In this document: positions 41,503 to 50,407 of the stretch, piece by piece
Numbering within the stretch: position 1 is the stretch's first letter
How the letters are laid out: the number at the start of each line of letters is the position of its first letter
Assembly: GCA_963712905.1 (NCBI GenBank)
Contig: CAVQJU010000001.1
Span: 64,652-128,651, forward strand
Source of the DNA: an uncultured Acidobacteriota bacterium
GTDB taxonomy: Bacteria; Acidobacteriota; Vicinamibacteria; Vicinamibacterales; CAVVIG01
Reading direction: 5' to 3'
Length of the DNA: 64,000 bases
Program-made: the position numbers and the translations under genes
Notes under the pieces: generated by a model
What the model was told of the DNA's origin: nothing
The model's database searches: none
The model's input: only the letters and a program-made list of their open reading frames with translations

Positions 41503-42090
41503 ATGAAAGGTCCTTGGTCCCTGGTTCCTGGTTCCTGGTCCGTCCGTGGTCCCTGGTCCGTGGTCCTGCTGATCGCGTGCCTGTGGCCGGCTGGTGCGGT
41601 GGCGCAGGATTCCAAGGTGACCACGCGCGAGGTGGCGCTCGTCGCCGGAAAAGTAGAACGTCTCGATCCGTTTGCGCGCTCCGTGACGCTGCGGACGCCC
41701 GAAGGCCTGCTGCACACGGTCTACGCCGGGAAGGAACTGAAGACGTTCGACGAGCTGCGATCGGGAGACAACATCACCGTGCGCGTCAGCGAGTCGGTCG
41801 TCGTCGCCGTGCGGCCGAACGCGAAGATGACCGTCATCGAGGACAGCACAGCGGCGGCGAAGAAAGGGCCTGACGCGGCCGGCGCCGACGTCATCCAGCA
41901 GCTGAAGGCCGTGGTGCGGGTCGAGACCGTCGATCTGGCGAGTCAGGTCATCACCTACAGGACCGCCGACAACCGCAACGTGATGCGCCAGGTGACGGAC
42001 CGCAAGCTGCTCGAAGGCCTCAAGCGCGGGGACACCATCGAGATCACCTATACGCGCGAGCGCGCGATCGAGATTACGAAAAACCGGTAG
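41503..42090 (+). CDS. Secreted two-repeat protein of unknown function (paralog 2 of 3)
   Basis: It has the same two-module architecture as 39853..40389. The first ~22 codons are encoded by a GGTCC-type tandem repeat, so the true start may be internal. Confidence 0.7.
   Translation: MKGPWSLVPGSWSVRGPWSVVLLIACLWPAGAVAQDSKVTTREVALVAGKVERLDPFARSVTLRTPEGLLHTVYAGKELKTFDELRSGDNITVRVSESVVVAVRPNAKMTVIEDSTAAAKKGPDAAGADVIQQLKAVVRVETVDLASQVITYRTADNRNVMRQVTDRKLLEGLKRGDTIEITYTRERAIEITKNR
41509..41568. repeat. Solo GGTCC-type tandem-repeat arm (no complementary partner arm nearby)
   Basis: GGTCCTTGGTCCCTGGTTCCTGGTTCCTGGTCCGTCCGTGGTCCCTGGTCCGTGGTCCTG has the same unit type as the left arms at 17127 and 44369. 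It lies inside the 5' end of ORF 41503. Confidence 0.7.
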
Positions 42091-42237
42091 TCCTCCTCAG
42101 CGAGATCCGGTCCTCTGACTCCCCCAAATGGGGGATGCCCAAGGCATCGTTTGCCTGATTTTTGCAATTGACTGATCCATATCGTGGCCGGCGCGAGTTA
42201 GTCTGATGGCTTCACGTTTGTGAAAAAGGAGAAGGAC

Positions 42238-42789
42238 ATGGCGAATCGACTCATCACGCTCATCGGCCTGTTGTGCCTGGCCGGCGCATCCCCCCTGCAG
42301 GCCCAGAAAACCGTGAGCAAGGCGAACACGATCACCGCAACCGCCACCGTCGAGGCCGTCGACTACAGCGCCCGCCGCGTGATGCTGAAAAACGAAAAAG
42401 GCGAGACCGACTCGTACGTGGTGGATCCAGCCATCAAGCGGTTCGATTCCGTGAAGGTCGGCGACAAGGTGAGGCTGACGTACTACGAGTCGCTGGTCTT
42501 CCAGCTGGTCAAGCCGGGCCAGAAGTCGAGCGGCGCGAGCGACGAGGCGGCCCTGACCCGCGCAAAAGGCGCGCTGCCCGCCGGCTCGATCGCCACGCAG
42601 GAAAAGCGGACCGTGACGGTGAAGGCCGTCGATCCGGCCGTGCCCTCGATTACCGTGACGACCGATGACGGCCGGACCGTGTCCCGCAAGGTCGAAGACA
42701 AGAAGAACATCGAAGGGGTCAAGGCGGGCGACAAGATCGACATCACCTATACCCAGGCGCTGCTGACGAGCATCGAGGCGGCGAAGTAG
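42238..42789 (+). CDS. Secreted two-repeat protein of unknown function (paralog 3 of 3)
   Basis: I chose ATG 42238 because AGGAG lies just upstream; the track ORF starts at GTG 42220. It has a signal peptide and the same two modules (TATVEAVDYSARRVMLKNEKG...FDSVKVGDKVRLTYYE; VTVKAVDPAVPSITVTTDDG...EGVKAGDKIDITY). Confidence 0.75.
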   Translation: MANRLITLIGLLCLAGASPLQAQKTVSKANTITATATVEAVDYSARRVMLKNEKGETDSYVVDPAIKRFDSVKVGDKVRLTYYESLVFQLVKPGQKSSGASDEAALTRAKGALPAGSIATQEKRTVTVKAVDPAVPSITVTTDDGRTVSRKVEDKKNIEGVKAGDKIDITYTQALLTSIEAAK

Positions 42790-42801
42790 AGGAGACGCGC
42801 G

Positions 42802-44355
42802 ATGGCCAAGACTGCGAAGACGGACAAGCCGAACATCCTGGTGATCTGGGGCGACGACATCGGGATTTCGAACTTGAGCTGCTACTCGCACGGCCTCATG
42901 GGATATGAGACGCCCAACATCGATCGGCTCGCGAAGGAAGGCATGATGTTCATCGACTCCTACGGTGAGCAATCCTGCACGGCAGGGCGGTCGGCGTTCA
43001 TCTCGGGCCAGAGCGTGTTTCGCACGGGCCTCTCCAAGGTCGGCGCCCCCGCCGCCCCGGTCGGCATGAACGAGAAGATTCTGACGATCGCCGGCGCTCT
43101 GAAGAACCAGGGCTACGCCACGGGACAGTTCGGCAAGAACCATCTCGGCGATCTCAACCACATGCTGCCGACCAACCACGGGTTCGACGAGTTCTACGGG
43201 AACCTGTACCACCTGAACGCCGAAGAAGAACCGGAAATGCACGACTACTTTCCGGAGAAGGATTTTCCGAACTACAAGAAGAACTTCGGCCCCCGCGGCG
43301 TCATCCATTCGTATGCGACCGACAAGGACGATCCCACCGAGGAGCATCGCTGGGGGCGGGTGGGCAAGCAGCGGATCGAGGACACCGGCCCGCTGACCCG
43401 GACGCGGATGGAGACGTGCGACGACGACTTCGTGGACAAGGCCAAGGACTTCATCAAGCGCCAGGAGGCGGACGGCAAGCCCTTCTTCGTGTGGCTCAAC
43501 TTCACCCACATGCACCTCTACACCCACCCGAAGCCGTCGAGCGTCGGCCAGGCGGGGCGGTGGCAGTCCATTTATCACGACACGATGATCGACCACGACA
43601 AGAACGTCGGGCAGATGCTCGACTACCTCGACGAGCTCGGCATCGCCGAGAACACCTTCGTCATGTATTCCACCGACAACGGGCCGCACCGCAACTCGTG
43701 GCCCGACGGCGGCATGACACCGTTCCGCAGCGAGAAGAACACGAATTGGGAAGGCGCCTTCCGCATCCCGCTGGTGGTGCGCTGGCCCGGCAAGATCAAA
43801 GCCGGTTCCGTCTCCCGCGAGATCATCCAGCATCACGACTGGTTCCCGACGTTTCTGGCCATGGCCGGCGAGCCCGACGTCGTGGAGAAGGCGAAGAAGG
43901 GGTACCAGGCGATCGGCCGCACCTACAAGAACCACATCGACGGCTACAATCTCCTTCCGTACCTCACGGGCAAGGAGAAAGAAAGCCCGCGCAAGCTGTT
44001 CTTCTACATCAGCGACGACGGCGACGTGCTCGCGATCCGCTACGACAACTGGAAGATCGTGTTCATGGAGCAACGGTGCCACGGCACCATGCAGGTCTGG
44101 TCGGAGCCGTTCACCCGGCTGCGGCTGCCGAAGCTCTTCAATCTCAGGACCGACCCGTACGAGTTCGCCGACATCACGTCGAACACCTACTACGAGTGGT
44201 TCATCCGCCGGAACTACATCGTGTTCGGGGCGATGATTCTCGCGAACAAGTTCGCGGATACGTTCAAGGAATTCCCGCCGATCCAGAAGCCCAACAGCTT
44301 CACGATCGACGACGCCATCAACGCGATGGCCGATGTCTCGGGGGCGAATCACTGA
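42802..44355 (+). CDS. Arylsulfatase (Cys-type, formylglycine-dependent), no signal peptide
   Basis: Contains NILVIWGDDIG, the FGly motif SCTAGRSAF (C-x-A-x-R), GKNHLGD and YSTDNGP. The N-terminus has no hydrophobic signal. Confidence 0.9.
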   Translation: MAKTAKTDKPNILVIWGDDIGISNLSCYSHGLMGYETPNIDRLAKEGMMFIDSYGEQSCTAGRSAFISGQSVFRTGLSKVGAPAAPVGMNEKILTIAGALKNQGYATGQFGKNHLGDLNHMLPTNHGFDEFYGNLYHLNAEEEPEMHDYFPEKDFPNYKKNFGPRGVIHSYATDKDDPTEEHRWGRVGKQRIEDTGPLTRTRMETCDDDFVDKAKDFIKRQEADGKPFFVWLNFTHMHLYTHPKPSSVGQAGRWQSIYHDTMIDHDKNVGQMLDYLDELGIAENTFVMYSTDNGPHRNSWPDGGMTPFRSEKNTNWEGAFRIPLVVRWPGKIKAGSVSREIIQHHDWFPTFLAMAGEPDVVEKAKKGYQAIGRTYKNHIDGYNLLPYLTGKEKESPRKLFFYISDDGDVLAIRYDNWKIVFMEQRCHGTMQVWSEPFTRLRLPKLFNLRTDPYEFADITSNTYYEWFIRRNYIVFGAMILANKFADTFKEFPPIQKPNSFTIDDAINAMADVSGANH

Positions 44356-44368
44356 CGATTGACAGCAT

Positions 44369-44506
44369 GGTCCCTGGTTCTTGGGCCTTGGTTCTTGGTC
44401 CGTCCCTGGTCCCCGGTCCTTGGTGCGCGGACTGAGAGTGGGGCAGGATGGACGAAGGACTGAGGACCAGGGACGGACCAGGCACCAAGAACGAAGGACC
44501 AAGGAC
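44369..44506. repeat. Imperfect long hairpin with GGTCC/GGACC tandem-repeat arms, sited between sulfatase and FGE genes
   Basis: The left arm (44369-44430) carries GGTCCCTGGTTCTTGGGCCTTGGTTCTTGGTCCGTCCCTGGTCCCCGGTCCTTGG. The right arm (44452-44506) is rich in GGACGAAGGAC/GAGGACCAGGGACGGACC. The element fills almost the whole 155-nt gap between two co-oriented genes. Confidence 0.8.
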
Positions 44507-44510
44507 GACG

Positions 44511-45380
44511 ATGATCGATGGAATGGTCGGGATCCCGGGCGGCACGTTCCGCATGGGATCCGACCATCACTACCCCGAGGAGGCGCCGGCGCGTCAGGCG
44601 ACCGTCGGCGCGTTCTGGATGGACCCGCATGTTGTCACCAACGCCGAGTTCGCCCGGTTTGTCGACGCGACGATGCACGTCACCCTCGCCGAACGTCCGG
44701 TCGATCCGGCCACCTATCCCGACGCCAAACCTGAACTGCTGATTCCATCGTCGGTGGTGTTTCAGAAGGCCGCCGGGCCGGTGGACATGAGCAACCACTT
44801 CAACTGGTGGACCTACGTGCCGGGCGCCGACTGGCGGCACCCGCGCGGCCCGGAGAGCTCCATCGACGGTCTCGCCGACCACCCCGTCGTGCACGTCGCG
44901 TTCGAGGACGCCGAGGCCTACGCGAAGTGGGCCGGCAAGGAACTGCCGACCGAAGCGGAATGGGAGTTCGCCGCGCGCGGCGGCCTCGACGGCGCGTCGT
45001 ACGTCTGGGGCGAGGAGTTCATGCCCGGCGGCAAGGCGATGGCGAACACCTGGCAGGGTTCGTTTCCGTGGCAGAACCTGCTCATGGACGGCTACGAGTG
45101 GACCGCGCCGGTCGGTTCGTTTCCGCCCAACGGCTACGGGCTGTACGACATGGCCGGCAACGTCTGGGAATGGACGACGGACTGGTATCCGGACGGGCCG
45201 GCGCCGGCGAAGTCGTGCTGCACGGCGGGGAATGGCGGGCCGAAGCGCAAGGTGATGAAGGGCGGTTCGTACTTGTGCGCGCCGAACTACTGCCGCCGCT
45301 ACCGTCCGGCGGCGCGGATGGCGCAGGAAGCGGACAGCGCGGCATGCCACCTCGGTTTCCGCTGCATAATCAGGGCGTGA
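44511..45380 (+). CDS. Formylglycine-generating enzyme (SUMF1/FGE family)
   Basis: Contains GGTFRMGS, HPVVHVAFEDAEAYAKWAGKELPTEAEWEFAARGG, YDMAGNVWEWT, RKVMKGGSYLC and GFRC. The start is taken at ATG 44511, because the upstream part of the track ORF is repeat-encoded. Confidence 0.9.
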   Translation: MIDGMVGIPGGTFRMGSDHHYPEEAPARQATVGAFWMDPHVVTNAEFARFVDATMHVTLAERPVDPATYPDAKPELLIPSSVVFQKAAGPVDMSNHFNWWTYVPGADWRHPRGPESSIDGLADHPVVHVAFEDAEAYAKWAGKELPTEAEWEFAARGGLDGASYVWGEEFMPGGKAMANTWQGSFPWQNLLMDGYEWTAPVGSFPPNGYGLYDMAGNVWEWTTDWYPDGPAPAKSCCTAGNGGPKRKVMKGGSYLCAPNYCRRYRPAARMAQEADSAACHLGFRCIIRA

Positions 45381-45387
45381 GCCACGG

Positions 45388-46059
45388 GTGGCGAGCCAGA
45401 TAGAAAGCCTGCTCCGCATGACGGCGCTGGCGGTCGCGGCGCTGCTGCCGATCGTCAACCCGCCCGGGTGCGCGCCCGTGTTCCTGTCGATGACGCCGGG
45501 GCTTTCCGACGCGACGCGCACTCTCCTTGCCCGTCGCGCGGCGACCAACGGGTCCCTGCTGCTCGTCGCGGCGATGCTCATCGGGTCGTACGTGCTCGGG
45601 TTCTTCGGCCTGTCGCTGTCGGTCGTCAAGATCGCCGGCGGGCTGCTCGTGATTGCCACGGGCTGGAAGCTGCTGAACGCGGAAGGTACGGCCGAGTCCG
45701 CGTCGATGACGCCGAAGGTGACATGGCCGGCTGACGAGATCACCAGGCGCAGCTTCTACCCGATCACGTTTCCCCTGACCGTCGGTCCCGGTTCGCTCTC
45801 CGTCGCCCTCACGCTCGGAGCCGGTACGCGTGGGGCCGACGTGTCCGTCCCGATCGGTGTTGCCGGCGCCGTGATCGGCATTGCGATCGTCGGGGTCACG
45901 ATCTACCTGTGTTATCGCTTTGCGGCAGCGGTGATGGCGATGCTCGGCGCGACGGGCACGGCCGTGCTCCTGCGCATGTCTGCGTTCATCCTGCTCGCCG
46001 TCGGCGTCGAGATTTTCTGCAACGGCCTCGCCGAGCGATTCGCCCTGTTCCGTTCGTAA
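45388..46059 (+). CDS. MarC-family (UPF0056) integral membrane protein
   Basis: Contains LLPIVNPPGCAPVFLSMT plus six hydrophobic segments, as is typical of MarC/NAAT. Confidence 0.85.
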   Translation: MASQIESLLRMTALAVAALLPIVNPPGCAPVFLSMTPGLSDATRTLLARRAATNGSLLLVAAMLIGSYVLGFFGLSLSVVKIAGGLLVIATGWKLLNAEGTAESASMTPKVTWPADEITRRSFYPITFPLTVGPGSLSVALTLGAGTRGADVSVPIGVAGAVIGIAIVGVTIYLCYRFAAAVMAMLGATGTAVLLRMSAFILLAVGVEIFCNGLAERFALFRS

Positions 46060-46075
46060 CGATGCTGCACACCCA

Positions 46076-47020
46076 ATGATGATGATGAACCAGCTCGACT
46101 CGTGGAACGACGGTCCTTCGAGACAGGCGATCGAAGATTTCGTGAAACGTGTGAGCACATCCGGCTCGCGCGATTTCGTCGCGCCCGAGGAACGAATTGC
46201 CGTGTTCGACAACGACGGCACGCTGTGGTGCGAGAAGCCGATGCCGGTCGAGCTCGGCTTCATTCTGCAGCGGCTCTCCGCGATGGCCCTCGAAGACGCG
46301 TCGCTGCGCGACAAGCAGCCGTGGAAGGCGGCGTACGAGAAGGACTACGCCTGGTTCGGCGGGGTCATCACGAAGCACTATCACGGGGACGACAGCGAGG
46401 TGAAGGTCCTCATCGGCGGCATCCTCAAGGCGTTCGGCGGCATGTCCGTTGACGCCTACCAGTCGTCCGCCGAGTCCTTCCTGCAGAAGGCGCAACACCC
46501 GACCCTCGGACGCCGGTTTCGCGATGGTGCCTACGGCCCGATGATCGAGCTGCTGCGGTATCTCGAGGCGCACGGGTTCACCAACTACATCGCGTCAGGC
46601 GGCGACCGCGATTTCATGCGCGTCGTCACCGACGAGATCTACGGGATCCCTGCCGAGCGCGTCGTCGGGAGCTCGAACGCGCTGTGCTACACCGAAAACG
46701 AGGAGTGCGGCTCGGTCGCCTACCTCGCCAAGCCCGATGTCTTCGACGATGGCCCGGCCAAGCCGGTCCGGATCTGGAGCCGGATTGGACGGCGTCCGAT
46801 CCTGGCTTTCGGCAACTCGAACGGGGACATCCAGATGCTGCAGTTCACCGGCGGGACCAACCGGCCCGCGCTGCGGCTGCTCCTGCTGCACGATGACAAG
46901 GCGCGTGAGTTCGACTACACGGCGGGGGCCGAGAAATCGCTGCAGCTCGCACGGGCCCGGGGCTGGACCGTGGTCAGCATGAAGAACGACTGGAAGAACG
47001 TGTTCGTGCCGGTGGCGTAG
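46076..47020 (+). CDS. HAD-superfamily hydrolase
   Basis: Motif I is VFDNDGTLW. ASGGDRDF and GNSNGDIQML (motif IV-like) are also present. Confidence 0.8.
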   Translation: MMMMNQLDSWNDGPSRQAIEDFVKRVSTSGSRDFVAPEERIAVFDNDGTLWCEKPMPVELGFILQRLSAMALEDASLRDKQPWKAAYEKDYAWFGGVITKHYHGDDSEVKVLIGGILKAFGGMSVDAYQSSAESFLQKAQHPTLGRRFRDGAYGPMIELLRYLEAHGFTNYIASGGDRDFMRVVTDEIYGIPAERVVGSSNALCYTENEECGSVAYLAKPDVFDDGPAKPVRIWSRIGRRPILAFGNSNGDIQMLQFTGGTNRPALRLLLLHDDKAREFDYTAGAEKSLQLARARGWTVVSMKNDWKNVFVPVA

Positions 47021-47045
47021 TGCAGGCCTCGAAGGCCTGCACTAC
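47017..47045. terminator. Perfect 13-bp hairpin between convergent genes (bidirectional terminator candidate)
   Basis: GTAGTGCAGGCCT-cga-AGGCCTGCACTAC. It includes the TAG stop of the HAD gene and ends 13 nt before the stop of the minus-strand barrel gene. Confidence 0.7.
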
Positions 47046-47057
47046 GTCGGAAGGAAA

Positions 47058-47723
47058 CTAGAAGCGGAAGGTGATGCCGCCCTGGAGTTCGAACTGGTTC
47101 GAGTACTTCGCGTCGCCCACCAGGTAGCAGCCCCAGTAGGGATCGCACCAGTAGCCGACCGCTTCGGAGTTGATATACGTCGGTGTCAAGCGGACGCCGA
47201 CGCGCGCCGCCGACCTTCGACCATCCGTAGAACTTCGCGCCGGCGCCCCAGGTGCTGGAGAACCTCGTCTGAGCTGTTGATCGTCCCGGGCCCCCTGCCT
47301 CCGGTGTAGTCGACCGAGCCGAAGCTCGTGGCGCCGAGACCGACCATGACGTACGGACGGACGGCCGCGTCGGCACTCGCCGAAGTTGTACGTGAACGTG
47401 CCGTGGTAGGTGCTGACGGTCATGTCGCCGACGTCTACTTCGTCGTCGTGCCGCTGACCTGCAGCGTCGAGAGCTGTTGACCGTAGAGGAACCCCACTTC
47501 GGAGTTCGGCGAGATGAAGAACCCGAGGTCGATGCCCCAGCCGAAGGAGTCCTTGGGATCGACGCGGCTGTAAACGCCCCCGGGGGCAACGACGTTGGCT
47601 GCCGAAATCGACACCGTCGGAGAGGACCCAGCCGAAGGTGACGCCAACCTCGGCCTTCTGGGCGAAGGCGGGCATGGCCGCCAGCATGACCATGAACGCA
47701 ATGAGAGAGATTCGCTTGAGCAT
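47058..47723 (-). pseudogene. Small outer-membrane beta-barrel protein (OmpA-beta-barrel/OmpW-like), about five frameshifts
   Basis: The start MLKRISLIAFMVMLAAMPAFAQ (ATG 47723) and the end ...NQFELQGGITFRF share a frame. The middle lies in two other frames (ORFs 47435..47701 and 46915..47589). By frame order I infer four +1 shifts and one -1 shift. Confidence 0.6.
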
Positions 47724-48078
47724 TCGTCGAAATCCTTTCGTAGAGAGGGAGATTCCCGGGTATGCCGGGTCTCGAGATAGGACGACCGCGACCGTACCCC
47801 GGTTCTCGATTATGTCTCGGTCCGCGATCTTCGTTGGGGTGAATTGCACAAGATTGCCTGGAGGCCGGCCCGAAGTACGAACAATTGGATCTGTGGCCGA
47901 TATGGTCGAGCCGCTCCGCCGGCTCCTCTGAGCAGATTTCGTGCCGCTGGTGCGGAGAAGACCGACGCGGCCCTCCTTGCGGAATTGCCAGTAAAACGCG
48001 ACCTCGGGACCCGCCGGGGATCTCCGGCCCTCCAATATGTCGGAGGTTGCCGGCCGAATTGAGCTTGAGCCGAGGCCC

Positions 48079-48849
48079 CTACCAGACCCTCTTGACCTGG
48101 AAGTTGATGATGTTTTCGCTGGTCGTAAAAGGTTCGTCAGTGGTATCCCGGGAACGGGTCCAGATGTAGAGCCCGGTATAGCGCCAGGATCGGTTTCGGC
48201 GGTATCCGGTTCCGAACCGGACGCGCTGACGGTTGGCGAACCGCTCGCTCGGATCGGCAATCGGGATGAACCACTCCCAGTCCGCGATCGCGTGAATCGT
48301 GCCGTCGGCGCTCAAGTTCCCGCGGTTGATGGGGTACAGAAGCTCGAGGCGATTCCTGAACCGGCCCGTCGAAGAGTTTGGCTGGTCGTCGGTGTAGAAG
48401 AAGTTCCGCCACTCCCAGCGCGCGAGATCGCGGATCACCAGGCGCCGTTTCGGCAGCTGCTCGTGCCGCACCAGGCGCTCCTGCCTCGAAAACAGATGAA
48501 AGCGCACGCCGCCTCGCAGTGTCAGCTCGGTGCTCGACACATCGTCGGTCTGATGCGTCATGCCGGCAATCAGGTCGCCGACGACGTCCAGCCATTTCTT
48601 CGGCGAGTATTCGATGGACGGCGTGATGTCGAGGTTCCTCCATCCGGGCTGATCCGGCGGCGCCGAGAGCAGCACTTTCGGCTCGACATCCAGTGAGTAC
48701 GTCAGGCGGTCTGTCTTCACCCAATCGAACGTCGTGTTAATCCAGAGCTGAGTCGTGCTCTGAGCGGCGGCTGGATTCGACGCTGCCAGCAGGAGAATCA
48801 ACAACCCGGCACGAACGCGTCGCCCCGATCGGCCGCTCCGGGAAGTCAT
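48079..48849 (-). CDS. Outer-membrane protein, DUF2490-like (tentative)
   Basis: A signal peptide (GLLILLLAASNPAAAQ) is followed by an aromatic-rich alternating pattern, with C-terminal ...INFQVKRVW. The start is taken at ATG 48849. The family name comes from memory only. Confidence 0.6.
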   Translation of the reverse strand: MTSRSGRSGRRVRAGLLILLLAASNPAAAQSTTQLWINTTFDWVKTDRLTYSLDVEPKVLLSAPPDQPGWRNLDITPSIEYSPKKWLDVVGDLIAGMTHQTDDVSSTELTLRGGVRFHLFSRQERLVRHEQLPKRRLVIRDLARWEWRNFFYTDDQPNSSTGRFRNRLELLYPINRGNLSADGTIHAIADWEWFIPIADPSERFANRQRVRFGTGYRRNRSWRYTGLYIWTRSRDTTDEPFTTSENIINFQVKRVW

Positions 48850-48907
48850 GCGGCCAATATATACGGTTACGCTCCGCGCCTGAGAAGGTCTGCTAGGATT
48901 TGGCGCG

Positions 48908-49990
48908 ATGCTGAAGAGACATCGGATCATTCTGCTCCTGCTGCTCACGTGGGTGCCGCTGGTGATCCTCTCGGCATTTGGCGACGTCAGGTCGGGTGGC
49001 AGGGTCACCCTGTCCCTGCTGGTCGACTACACGGTGTACGTCCGGTTCCTGCTCGCGGTGCCCGTGCTGGTGCTCGCCGAGGGTGTCATCTGGCCGCGGG
49101 TCGTCGATCTGTTCCACTATCTCGTGGGGGCCGGTGTGGTCGCCGAGGCCGGCGTGCCTGCGCTCGAACAGCTGATCAAGCGGTTCGACGCGCTGCGCCG
49201 GTCCTGGATGGTGCTTGCCGCCTCGGCCTTCTGCGTCGTGTTCGGCATGCGGTTCCTGCGTACCGACCTCCTGGGCGATACCGCGGCGTGGCAGTTCGCG
49301 TCCGCCTCCTCTGGATCGGCACGGTCCCTGGCCGGATGGTGGTATCTCGTTGTCTGCGTTCCGATCTTTCAGTTCCTGGTCTTCCTCTGGGCCTGCCGCT
49401 ACGCGATCTGGTGCGGCTTTCTGTTCCGTTTGTCCCGCCTCGACCTCGATCTGCTCCCCACGCATCCCGATCGCTCGGCCGGGCTGCGGCCGATCGGCCA
49501 GGTGCACCAGTATTGGGCGATCGTGGTGTTCGCCGTGTCGTCGCTGGTGGCGGTCCACATCGGCCTGGAACTGTTTGCACACGGCCGGTCCCTCCTGGAC
49601 TATCGGCTGCAGCTGGCCGCGTTTCTGGGAATGAGCCTCGTCGTCCTGTTCGCCCCGTTCCTGGCGTTCTCGGGCAAACTGCTCGCCGCGCGACACCGCG
49701 GCCTGCTCGAATACGGGCGGTTCGCCGCCGCGTATGCCCGCGCGTTCAACGCGAAATGGATCGACGGTGCGCCGTCCGATCCGGGCCGCCTGCTGGGGAC
49801 CGGCGACATCCAGTCGCTCGCCGATCTGGCGAACAGCTACGCAGTCGTGCACGAAGTCCGGATGGTCCCCTTCGATCTGGTCAACGTCCTGGTTATCGTG
49901 GCGGCGGTCGCGATTCCGTTCTTCCCGCTGGTATTCGCCGTGCTCTCGCCGGTCGAGGCGATTAAACAGGTGATTCAGATTCTGCTGTGA
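48908..49990 (+). CDS. Polytopic membrane protein of unknown function
   Basis: The 360-aa ORF has 7 or more hydrophobic segments and coding-like codon usage. No family was recognised. Confidence 0.6.
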   Translation: MLKRHRIILLLLLTWVPLVILSAFGDVRSGGRVTLSLLVDYTVYVRFLLAVPVLVLAEGVIWPRVVDLFHYLVGAGVVAEAGVPALEQLIKRFDALRRSWMVLAASAFCVVFGMRFLRTDLLGDTAAWQFASASSGSARSLAGWWYLVVCVPIFQFLVFLWACRYAIWCGFLFRLSRLDLDLLPTHPDRSAGLRPIGQVHQYWAIVVFAVSSLVAVHIGLELFAHGRSLLDYRLQLAAFLGMSLVVLFAPFLAFSGKLLAARHRGLLEYGRFAAAYARAFNAKWIDGAPSDPGRLLGTGDIQSLADLANSYAVVHEVRMVPFDLVNVLVIVAAVAIPFFPLVFAVLSPVEAIKQVIQILL

Positions 49991-49997
49991 GGATGCC

Positions 49998-50393
49998 GTG
50001 ACCGAGACTGCCGTGCCGCACACGCTCAACGCCGATGACATGGCCCGGGAGCGGACGATCCTGGCCGCCGATCGCACGCTGATGGCCTGGATCCGGACGA
50101 CGCTCTCGATGATCAGCTTCGGGTTCACGATCTACAAGTTCCTGCAGGCGATGTTCGAGTCGGGGAAGTCCGCGCTCGTGGCGGGCCCCACCGGCCCGCG
50201 GAACTTCGGTCTCGCGCTGATCTCTCTGGGCGTCTGGGCACTCGCGATCGCGTGCCTGCAGTACCGGCGCGAGATGCGGCGTTTCAATCCGGGACGCACG
50301 CCCTTCTCGCTGACGCTGGCTGTTGCCGGCTTCGTCGCATTGTTCGGGATCCTGGCGCTGATGAACCTGCTGTTTCACATCGGGCCGTTCTGA
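49998..50393 (+). CDS. DUF202 (YidH-like) membrane protein
   Basis: Contains the ARERTILAADRTLMAWIRT motif plus three TM segments in 131 aa. Confidence 0.8.
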   Translation: MTETAVPHTLNADDMARERTILAADRTLMAWIRTTLSMISFGFTIYKFLQAMFESGKSALVAGPTGPRNFGLALISLGVWALAIACLQYRREMRRFNPGRTPFSLTLAVAGFVALFGILALMNLLFHIGPF

Positions 50394-50407
50394 CGAGGCT
50401 GGTGGCC

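Noticed and set aside
42125-42145. Short hairpin CTCCCCC-aaat-GGGGGAT after paralog 2, considered as a terminator
   Set aside because: The stem is only 6-7 bp and no U-tract follows. It might still be functional, but I cannot support that.
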